Shown: piece after piece, positions 43,779 to 52,602 of the stretch
Layout: each line of letters opens with the position of its first letter
Numbering within the stretch: the first letter of the stretch is position 1
Sequence record: MK250028.1
Direction: 5' to 3' (one strand)
Length of the DNA stretch: 64,000 bases
The notes under the pieces: generated by a model
Told to the model about the DNA's origin: nothing
Databases searched by the model: none
What the model saw: only the letters and a program-made list of their open reading frames with translations
Program-made: the position numbers and the translations under genes

Positions 43779-44375
43779 CTTAATTCTTTTATTGAAAAAA
43801 CAAATATAGATAAATTAACAAATAAATTAAGTGATTATATTAAAGTAACAAATAATGGTAAAGCATATACATATGCTCCACATGTAAAATTTCCATCAAA
43901 TAAATATATTTGTAGAATTAAAGCATTTAGCGGGCATTCGAATACCCGCTCTAAATTGATAGGTGAGTTCTATAATTTATTTTCAAATAAAGAAAAATAT
44001 ACAGATGTTTGTGGTATTGCAGATAAATTAAATAGTAAAATAAGTAGAAATGGTAATCAATATGTTCAATATTTTATTGAATTTGATAATGAAAATGAAT
44101 TACAAAATTTTTGGAAATATACGCATACATTATTTGTTAGTACATGTATATATTGTTTTAAGAAAAATTTACATTTAGATGATGATACATTAACACATAT
44201 TCCATGGGTTGATTTTAATAATAAAATATTTAGTAAGACAATAGAAGATATTGATATATATTTGTTTGACAAATATAATATATTAAATAATATTGTTAAT
44301 CATATATTAAAAATTGTACCAAACTATTATAGTTTAGATTTAAATAAATATAAAAATATAAAGGTAGAGAATTAA
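43704..44375 (+). other. silent alternative methyltransferase C-terminal (specificity) cassette
   Basis: Open frame RRYILFDGKKYDKCNEITLASNDSL + 198 aa; in-frame TAA at 43686 and no ATG before the repeat; homologous to the C-terminus of 44372..45724. Confidence 0.85.
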
Positions 44376-44386
44376 TCTCTACCTTT
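44360..44386. terminator. palindromic hairpin centred on the shared TTAA stop of both cassettes
   Basis: AAAGGTAGAGA-ATTAA-TCTCTACCTTT, 11-bp arms. Confidence 0.65.
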
Positions 44387-45724
44387 TCTTATATTATAAT
44401 AATCCGGAAGTATTTCTTCAATATGCGTCCTTATTTCCTGAGATATGTGATATTTCTTAAATAAATAATCATCTATTTCAGAAGGTGATTTATTAAATAT
44501 ATCATCAGAAAAATCAAAATAAGGAATACATTTACACTCTCCTCTCCCTAATTCATATGACGTTTGAATTAAATATAAGCAAATTCTACAAAAATCAGTT
44601 TGTATATAATTATTAAGATTTTTAACATCTTGTTTATTATTAAAAGGTATATAATATTTTAAAAATTGATTTCCTTTTTCTACTTTATTTTTTATATCTT
44701 TAAATTTATATATACATAAATTATTTCGAGAATTAATGCACCAATTAGTATGTTTACCATCCGGATGTACACTAAATCTTGTAATTCTAAAAATCCACCA
44801 ATTATCATCTGGGTTATATTCAACTGGTGCATTACCGAATACGTGTACATTTGGTATACTTTTTATATGATTTTGTAAATTATCATTTAAATATAATGGT
44901 TCAACAATATTTTTAAATTCTGTTAATAAAGAATCATTACTAGCTAATGTTATTTCATTACATTTATCATATTTCTTTCCATCAAATAATATATAACGTC
45001 TATTATGATGAGCACTATTATTCTGTTGAATAAAATGATTTATTGTTATTCGTCCTGCAATAGCTGCATCAAAATATTCATTACCATCAACTGTTTCAAT
45101 TTCTACAAAATCACAATTATCCACATTATTTGTAATTTTTTTATTTTGACTTTTTGTAATTAACCAATTAGATGGCTGTATACTTACTATTTCATTTGCA
45201 ATATTAAAAAAATTATAAAGCATTTTTTTACCAATATTTCCATATGGTGGATTTGCAAGTATTACATCAAATTTTTTATTCTTTTCAATTATCTTATTCA
45301 CTTCATATTCATAACTATTTTTATTCTCATCGAAATTAAGCATTCTAAAATTTTTAATTTCAATTCCATTATTTTGTATTACATAATATTCATATATATC
45401 TTCCCAATACGTTTTCGTTACATCATTACCACAAATAATAAGTATATCCACATTATTATCTATTAATTTATCAAAAATATCTAAATTATCAATAGAATTT
45501 TCTAAGTTACCAATTTTTGGTAAAGGACATGGATTATCATATAATATACCATTATATTCGTAACCAATCTCATTTTCTTTATCAGAGTATACACGTTCAA
45601 ATGTTCCTAATAAATTTGTAGTGTTACCAAATATAACAATATTATGAATATTATTAATATCCTTAATATATTGCTTAATATTTATTGTTTTATTTGTAAA
45701 CTTATATATTTTATTTTGTTTCAT
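44372..45724 (-). CDS. DNA adenine methyltransferase, catalytic NPPY + specificity subunit (450 aa)
   Basis: KFDVILANPPYG motif IV, IQPSNWL; C-terminal 184 aa lie inside the invertible segment. Confidence 0.85.
   Translation of the reverse strand: MKQNKIYKFTNKTINIKQYIKDINNIHNIVIFGNTTNLLGTFERVYSDKENEIGYEYNGILYDNPCPLPKIGNLENSIDNLDIFDKLIDNNVDILIICGNDVTKTYWEDIYEYYVIQNNGIEIKNFRMLNFDENKNSYEYEVNKIIEKNKKFDVILANPPYGNIGKKMLYNFFNIANEIVSIQPSNWLITKSQNKKITNNVDNCDFVEIETVDGNEYFDAAIAGRITINHFIQQNNSAHHNRRYILFDGKKYDKCNEITLASNDSLLTEFKNIVEPLYLNDNLQNHIKSIPNVHVFGNAPVEYNPDDNWWIFRITRFSVHPDGKHTNWCINSRNNLCIYKFKDIKNKVEKGNQFLKYYIPFNNKQDVKNLNNYIQTDFCRICLYLIQTSYELGRGECKCIPYFDFSDDIFNKSPSEIDDYLFKKYHISQEIRTHIEEILPDYYNIRKGRD
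44927..45002 (-). repeat. right 76-bp inverted repeat, inside the MTase coding sequence
   Basis: Encodes RRYILFDGKKYDKCNEITLASNDSL of 44372..45724. Confidence 0.97.
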
Positions 45725-45753
45725 AATAAATGTCTTTATATATTAATTATTAT

Positions 45754-45766
45754 TACAAAGATACAT
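45754..45766 (-). promoter_or_regulatory. TAnnTTTG promoter element upstream of the MTase
   Basis: ATGTATCTTTGTA about 30 nt upstream of ATG 45724. Confidence 0.65.
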
Positions 45767-45793
45767 ATATTATTTTAAATATAAAAATAGAAT

Positions 45794-45991
45794 TTAATCT
45801 AAATTAATTAAATCATTTATTTTTTGAATAATTTCATAAATAATTCCATCTGATTTATTAATTTTTATTGTATTAATATCAATAAATTTTGTACATTTAT
45901 TTAATATATCAGCACGTTTCAACCATTTACTTACATCTTTGTCTGTACCAAACCAACAAATAAATGTATTTACTTTTTCTAAATTAAACAA
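45794..45991 (-). CDS. possible small hypothetical protein (start uncertain)
   Basis: ORF track with TTG start; upstream frame closed by TAA. Confidence 0.35.
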   Translation of the reverse strand: MFNLEKVNTFICWFGTDKDVSKWLKRADILNKCTKFIDINTIKINKSDGIIYEIIQKINDLINLD

Positions 45992-46127
45992 AAAAGAATT
46001 AGCGTATAAACATTCCTATTATTTATTAATGAAAAAAACGTTATATCACTAATTATACATTATCTTATATTATGTAATAATTAAAAAGTTCAATATATAA
46101 ATAAAGAAAATATTATTATTTTTAATA

Positions 46128-47111
46128 ATGATAAAAAAGAAATATCCTAATTTACATGGTGCATGTATAGACAATTTTCATAAATTATATTCTGATGATT
46201 TATATGAATAGTATGGTATATTAAATTATAATGATTAGTCATTTCGTTTAAAAATTGAAACAATAGCAACCGGAATATATGATATGACAAAGACTGAAAA
46301 ACAACCGTATTATAAAGAATTTTATGTAAAAAACGTATTTAATTTTATATGGAAATTAAATATTGTAGTTGATTCCACATTTAATTTTACATCGGTATTT
46401 ACACCTGAAGTTGAATTTAAATATAATTATTAGAATCATATAGTTGAACACACAGTGATATTTATAAATCCGTTAAAATTTACTAATATAGATTCTATTG
46501 TACCAGCAATATATCATGAGATAAAACATATATTTGATCACACAATTAAAATTACAAATGATATACAATAGAAAGAAGTATTATTTAGAGATTATTTAAT
46601 ACAAACATATGAATTATAGGATGAACCAGAAATAAGTTTTACAACATATAATAAAAATCTTATACAAAATAATGAAACGTCAATTATGTATTATTTAAGT
46701 TCATTTATAGATTATGTTGCATATTCAGAATATACTGCATATTTAGAAAATATAGATGATAGTTATAAACATGATTTAAACAATATAAGAAGAATAAAAT
46801 TTTTAAAAAGTAAGTATACATATACACAAATTAAAAAATTTATATATTTAAATATACAATCTGGTAATTTTTTATTAATATATTATAATATTGAAAAATA
46901 TATTAATGATATATTAATGATGAATAATTTAAATATAATAAATCAGAAATATAAATAGAATTTTAATGATATATACGGTATTAATACTATACAACAAGTA
47001 TTGAAGATTTATTTAAAAAGAATACAAAAAGTAAAAATACGTGCAAAAAAACTATTTTATAATAGATATAATAATTCAAAATTTGAGCGTATGATAAATG
47101 AAAAAGGTTGA
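46128..47111 (+). CDS. TAG-recoded HExxH zinc metallopeptidase-like protein (327 aa, 6 TAG)
   Basis: Manual translation; AIYHEIKHIFD plus AYSEYTAY; TATAAATA at 46096-46103. Confidence 0.75.
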
Positions 47112-47127
47112 ATATTAAGAGTAATAT

Positions 47128-49071
47128 TCAACCTTTAATATTTTGTATAATCTTATCCCGTTCTTCTTTCGTTATTATAACAACATATTCTTTATTGGAA
47201 CCAAAATGAGATCTGTTTGTCAACGTTTCTTTTATATATGGCACATATTTTGTAATCAAATCATCTGTCACAAACAAATATTTCTGACAATCATAATTCT
47301 TAAGACAAATATCTATCCATCCGTCACATCCTCTGTTAACAGACTCTACTCCAGGCCAATTTTCAATATTTCCATATGGCGAACATGTCAACAAACATTG
47401 GTATTTACCAGTATTCTTACAACAATCTGCAATTCCTAAATCACATGTAACGTTAACTAATAAATCAGAATCAATTATAGGTTTCAAAAACTTATATATC
47501 TCCTTACTTTCCTTAACACTTGATTCACATAAATCTCTACCTATATATGATTTATTACATGCCAATGTTCCTATCATTCTTCCACTATATCCCGAGAACG
47601 GATCAAATATTGTATCAAATTCATTAAGATATTTCTTTATAAGATATTTTGCTAAATCCGGTTTGAAATATGTAACAGTCTGAAACATCCTAGATGCATT
47701 CAATCCAATTCCATATATAAAATCAGGAACATAACATAAATCAATATATTTCCTATGCTCTTCTGATTTATACCAATCAGCAAATTTCAATCTATTACAT
47801 AATAACTTCCTGAATAATTCCTTATCATTTTTAATCATATTCCATCCATCAAAAGGTGAAACACTATTTTCAATATGTGCATATATAATAGACTTATGAA
47901 ACATCTTAATAATCTTGGATGGTGTCTTCAAATTCCTATCCTTTGATTTTATATATTCAAATTCCTTGATACAATCTAATTCTGTAACAGGATGAACAGT
48001 AGAAGGTGGGAAATATATATTCTGAATTTTTTCAAACTCTCTATCTAAATACTTATCGACAATCTCATTAACATGTGCGGATGTAGCATTAGCGCTCTTA
48101 CACATATTTTCTTCTGTCTCTTCTTCACCGTTAATCAATACAGGTTTGTATTTAGGCTTACTTAATAAATCAGATATAGGTGTATTCTTATCAACTATTT
48201 TTTCTTTTTTCTTTTCTGATTTAATATCTAAACTATTTGTCTCAGTCTTAATAGGAAATACATCATTGATACTTGATGTTTTTTTCGTTTCCTTATCCTT
48301 ATTATGAATTGATTTCTTTAATTTCTCCTGCTTTTCTTTTTCTATATCAATCTTATCTTGTTTCTCAATAATCTCATTTATATTATCATCAACAGTATAC
48401 TTAATCAATAGTGTCGGAATATATTTAAATCTTGGAGCCTTACTGGAACAACTTGTTGAACAATATTTAGTATACAACTTTGTATTCTTACCAACCCAAA
48501 TAACAGGTTTTCCACATACGGGACATGTAGGTTTTTCTTCTACGCCTTTCCTTATTCGTTGAACAGTTTCCAATATAGATGCAGAATCTTTATATCTATT
48601 ATTAAGATAATCCAATATGTACTTATTAGTAATCAATGGAACATATTTATCATATATGATATGATTCTTAATAATATAATCATTCATTTCATCTAATTCA
48701 GTAATTGAATTCTGCCAATCTACGAATTTTGAATCCCTGTGTTTAGCAATCTCAAAACTATCCTTGTATTTTTCACGAGTCATAGAAGCATGCATCGCTT
48801 TACATATATAAGATCCACATGTAGTTTTGTATCCGTTTCCTATACGTCCACTCCATACTGCTTTCTTACTGCAATACTTACATGTTACTATCTCATGCAA
48901 ATCATGAATAACATAATAAAGTCTCTCTAATATATCTTCATCATTCTTTAAAAAATCTGTAAACTCATATACTTCTTTATTAATATCTTCATGATTTCTA
49001 ACTATATATATTAATTGTCTTAAACTTATTTCATTATTATTATATTGCTTTATATAATCATTTAATTGCAT
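47128..49071 (-). CDS. DNA methyltransferase-like protein with two N-terminal Cys-rich Zn modules (647 aa)
   Basis: IFDPFSGYSGRMIG motif I, YIGRDL, LLTCSPYG motif IV-like; N-terminal CKYC...CGSYIC and CPVCG...CSTSC. Confidence 0.7.
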   Translation of the reverse strand: MQLNDYIKQYNNNEISLRQLIYIVRNHEDINKEVYEFTDFLKNDEDILERLYYVIHDLHEIVTCKYCSKKAVWSGRIGNGYKTTCGSYICKAMHASMTREKYKDSFEIAKHRDSKFVDWQNSITELDEMNDYIIKNHIIYDKYVPLITNKYILDYLNNRYKDSASILETVQRIRKGVEEKPTCPVCGKPVIWVGKNTKLYTKYCSTSCSSKAPRFKYIPTLLIKYTVDDNINEIIEKQDKIDIEKEKQEKLKKSIHNKDKETKKTSSINDVFPIKTETNSLDIKSEKKKEKIVDKNTPISDLLSKPKYKPVLINGEEETEENMCKSANATSAHVNEIVDKYLDREFEKIQNIYFPPSTVHPVTELDCIKEFEYIKSKDRNLKTPSKIIKMFHKSIIYAHIENSVSPFDGWNMIKNDKELFRKLLCNRLKFADWYKSEEHRKYIDLCYVPDFIYGIGLNASRMFQTVTYFKPDLAKYLIKKYLNEFDTIFDPFSGYSGRMIGTLACNKSYIGRDLCESSVKESKEIYKFLKPIIDSDLLVNVTCDLGIADCCKNTGKYQCLLTCSPYGNIENWPGVESVNRGCDGWIDICLKNYDCQKYLFVTDDLITKYVPYIKETLTNRSHFGSNKEYVVIITKEERDKIIQNIKG

Positions 49072-49200
49072 AACTATACTTGCTGTTTAATTTCTTACCT
49101 TATATTTATAGTTAAAAAATACCTATTTGTTTTTAAAAAATAAACATAAACTTCGAGTATTCTTTTATATATAAATAATGTGAAATATACTTAAAAATTT

Positions 49201-50856
49201 ATGAACACTATTCAAGAAATATTTACCAATGATATAATAAAAGGATTAAAAGAAACTTATATAATAGATAATGAAATAAAATCAAAATCATTAATTAAAA
49301 AATCTGTATTTAATAAATTTCCTGAATTTTATAATGTATATAAACAACATTTTTCTGAAGATGAATTCAGAGAAATACTTTATTGTATATTAAAAGATAT
49401 TCCTACTATACCTAAATGTAAAAATCCTAATTGTAACAATAACACGAAATTACGGAATTTCAAAATAGGATTTCAACAATGTTGTTGTAAAGAATGTACA
49501 GCAGAATATCAACATTTGTCTAATGAGCATGCTGATAAATGTAAACAAGGTGCATTGAAACATTATGTCAATATACATAAAGTAGATTCATATACAGAAA
49601 ATATGAACTGTGATTATTCAAAACCAAATTATTATATATTCAATAATTATTGTATTCATGGTAATATACCGGTTTATAAAACTACGGCAAATAAAATACA
49701 TGAATATAATAACGGAACATTCTGTATTCAATGTAACAAAAACATAATAGATACATATATACCTACAGAAAAAGAAATAAATGAATTCCAAAAGATATTT
49801 CCTGAGTTTTATAAGAAATATTCACATAATATGAAATATAAATGGTGGTTAACTTATTTTCCTAAATATTATAAAATTCTAATAACTTATTTTGAAAAAT
49901 ATGTAGAATCATTTAATGATAATATAGTTATGAAAGAAGTATATTATCAATTTCTTCATGATTTAAAAGGAAGACCACATTGTTGTATATGTGATACTAA
50001 AGTTTCATTTTCACCAACAGCAAATGAATATAGAAAATTCTGTGATAAACACTTATATGGATTTAATAAATCATCTCAAGAAATAGAATTAGGAAAATTT
50101 ATTGATTCATTAAATTTAAATGTAATTAAAAATACACAAGATATTATTAAAGGTGAATTGGATTTTTATTTTCCTAATAATAATGTTGCTATAGAATATA
50201 ATGGCTGTTGGTGGCATTCCGATAAATTTAAAACAAAAAATTACCATTATAATAAATGGAAACAATGTAAAGATAAAGGAATTCAATTAATATTCATATG
50301 GGAAGATGATCTCTTATATAAAAGAGATATAGTATATTCACTTATTAAATCAAAATTAGGAATATATAATATCAGAATATATGCAAGGAAAACAATAATT
50401 AAAGAAGTTCCTTATAATATAGCAAAAGAATTTATAAATAAAAATCACCTTCAAGGATATTCGATAGATAAAATACGATTAGGACTTTATTATAATGATG
50501 AATTAATTTCAATAATGACATTTGGTAAATCCAGATTCAAATCTGATAATGATGATATAGAGATAATAAGATTTTGTAATAAACTTAATTATCAAATAAT
50601 TGGAGGCGCCAGTAAATTATTTTCACATTTTAAAAAACATTATGATTATAAAAATATTATCAGTTATGCAGAATGTGATATATCAAACGGTAAACTTTAT
50701 GAGAATCTTGGAATGACTTATATAAGCAGAAGTGATAATTGGAAATGGATGTATAAAGGAATAAGATATAATAGATTAAATAAAATTAAAGATTCTGAAC
50801 ATAAACAAGATTTAGTTAAATGTTATAGTGCAGGAATTTTAAAATATAAATTATAA
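49201..50856 (+). CDS. homing-type PD-(D/E)XK endonuclease with Zn modules and a conserved C-terminal domain (551 aa)
   Basis: ELDFY...AIEYNGCWWHS, IFIWEDD; C-terminal YARK...NHLQG...IGGASKLF...ISYA. Confidence 0.75.
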   Translation: MNTIQEIFTNDIIKGLKETYIIDNEIKSKSLIKKSVFNKFPEFYNVYKQHFSEDEFREILYCILKDIPTIPKCKNPNCNNNTKLRNFKIGFQQCCCKECTAEYQHLSNEHADKCKQGALKHYVNIHKVDSYTENMNCDYSKPNYYIFNNYCIHGNIPVYKTTANKIHEYNNGTFCIQCNKNIIDTYIPTEKEINEFQKIFPEFYKKYSHNMKYKWWLTYFPKYYKILITYFEKYVESFNDNIVMKEVYYQFLHDLKGRPHCCICDTKVSFSPTANEYRKFCDKHLYGFNKSSQEIELGKFIDSLNLNVIKNTQDIIKGELDFYFPNNNVAIEYNGCWWHSDKFKTKNYHYNKWKQCKDKGIQLIFIWEDDLLYKRDIVYSLIKSKLGIYNIRIYARKTIIKEVPYNIAKEFINKNHLQGYSIDKIRLGLYYNDELISIMTFGKSRFKSDNDDIEIIRFCNKLNYQIIGGASKLFSHFKKHYDYKNIISYAECDISNGKLYENLGMTYISRSDNWKWMYKGIRYNRLNKIKDSEHKQDLVKCYSAGILKYKL

Positions 50857-50858
50857 TT

Positions 50859-52556
50859 ATGGAATTAAATTTAGATGAATATAGAAAAGATTTCAATATA
50901 AAAAGATTTAATAATTTATTACGATACCATGAAGATTTATTAGATACATTAAAAAAGAAAACATCATTTTTAGATGAACATAATCCGGAGAAATCTGAAC
51001 GTGTATATTGTTGGTATAATAATATAACAGAAATTCAAAAATGTCCTCATTGTGGTAAATCTAGAAAATTCCATAAATTTCCTGTTGGTTATTTTCCTAC
51101 ATGTGGTACAAAGGAATGTAGAGCAAAATCAGTTGCATATGGAAATAAATATCACCATGACTTTAAAGAAATTCAGAAAAAGATGAGAGAAACATATGCG
51201 AAAAATCATAATGGAATTACACATAATATGCAAGATCCTGAATTTAAGAAAAAATTCTTTGAAGATTTTAAGAAGAAACATAATGGTGCATCATGTGGTG
51301 TTCAAACAGAATTAGCAAATAAGAATAGAGAAAAATCAACATTAGAAAAATATGGTGTTAAATGTGCATTAGAATCAAAGGAAGTTCGTAATAAAATATA
51401 TGAAAAATATGGGAATAATGCACATAAAGTAATTACTGATAAATCAGCAAAAGCTAGAAAAATAAATTCATTAAATGATATTATTAAAAAAATATCAGAA
51501 ATGAATTATACATATATTTCTAATAATAATGATACATTTCAAATTAAATGTAATAAATGTGGTCATATAAATGAAATTAATAGACAAGCAATAAATTATT
51601 ATTACAGAAATATAAAGCATATATATTGCAATAAATGTGAATATAAAGAATTAACGTTTATGAGTAATTTTGAAAAAGATGTTGTAAATGAAATTGGTAA
51701 ATTAATAAAAGATACAAAATATTCTATATTAACTAATAAACATATTTATAATGGTAAGGAACATTATGAAGTAGATATATTAATTCCTGAATTAAATTTA
51801 GCAATAGATTGTAATGGTTTATATTGGCATTCTGAATTACAAAAATCAGATAATTATTATCATTATAAAAAGAAAGAATTTATAGAAAAATTAGGTTATT
51901 CTTTAATTTNNNNNNNNNNNNNNNNNNNNNATGATATTAATAAGAAAGAAATTATATTAAGTCGTTTATCTAGTAAATTAAAATTAAATAAACATGTATA
52001 TGCAAGAAAATGTATAATTAAAGAATTAACTCCTAAATTATATAGAGATTTTTGTAATGAAAATCATTTACATGGATCTGTTAATGCATCTATAAAAGTT
52101 GGATTATATTATAATAATGAATTAGTTGAAGTAATAGGATTAGGTAAATCTCGAAACTTAATAGGACATAATAAAGACACTGTTTCATATGAGCTATTAC
52201 GTTTATGTACAAAAAAATATATTAATGTTATTGGTGGTTTTTCTAAATTAATGAAATATATTATTACTAATTTTAATATATCATCTATATATAGTTATGC
52301 GGATTTATCATGGATTGATTTAAAAGGATCATCATATATTAATAGTGGATTTATTATAGATAAAATAATAGATAATGAATATTGGTGGGTAGTTAATAAT
52401 ATAAGAGAAAATCGTTTGAATTATACTAAAAATAAATTAGTATCATTAGGATATGATAAGAATTTAACAGAAATAGAAATTATGCATTCATTAAAACATT
52501 ATAGAGTATTCGGCCCTGGTAATTTAAAATTTATATATAAAAAGAAAAGTCTCTAA
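50859..52556 (+). CDS. paralogous homing-type PD-(D/E)XK endonuclease (565 aa; spans an N gap)
   Basis: EVDIL...AIDCNGLYWHS; YARK...NHLHG...VIGGFSKL...YSYAD; 21 Ns at 51910-51930. Confidence 0.7.
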   Translation: MELNLDEYRKDFNIKRFNNLLRYHEDLLDTLKKKTSFLDEHNPEKSERVYCWYNNITEIQKCPHCGKSRKFHKFPVGYFPTCGTKECRAKSVAYGNKYHHDFKEIQKKMRETYAKNHNGITHNMQDPEFKKKFFEDFKKKHNGASCGVQTELANKNREKSTLEKYGVKCALESKEVRNKIYEKYGNNAHKVITDKSAKARKINSLNDIIKKISEMNYTYISNNNDTFQIKCNKCGHINEINRQAINYYYRNIKHIYCNKCEYKELTFMSNFEKDVVNEIGKLIKDTKYSILTNKHIYNGKEHYEVDILIPELNLAIDCNGLYWHSELQKSDNYYHYKKKEFIEKLGYSLIXXXXXXXXDINKKEIILSRLSSKLKLNKHVYARKCIIKELTPKLYRDFCNENHLHGSVNASIKVGLYYNNELVEVIGLGKSRNLIGHNKDTVSYELLRLCTKKYINVIGGFSKLMKYIITNFNISSIYSYADLSWIDLKGSSYINSGFIIDKIIDNEYWWVVNNIRENRLNYTKNKLVSLGYDKNLTEIEIMHSLKHYRVFGPGNLKFIYKKKSL

Positions 52557-52578
52557 GAAATTAATCTTAGAGACTTTA
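52545..52578. terminator. bidirectional terminator between the endonuclease and MCP
   Basis: AAAAGTCTCTAAGA...TCTTAGAGACTTT. Confidence 0.75.
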
Positions 52579-52602
52579 TTATATAATTGTTTGATAAAAT
52601 TA

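Noticed and set aside
43956-44375. Independent 139-aa gene as in the ORF track
   Set aside because: TTG start lies inside a longer frame beginning at the inverted repeat; better explained as a silent cassette.
42300-47200. Site-specific recombinase for the invertible cassette
   Set aside because: No tyrosine (R-H-R-Y) or serine recombinase motifs recognised in neighbouring ORFs; 43330..43644 is unassigned.
51910-51930. 21-nt N run
   Set aside because: Assembly gap, not biology; frame continuity of 50859..52556 across it is assumed.
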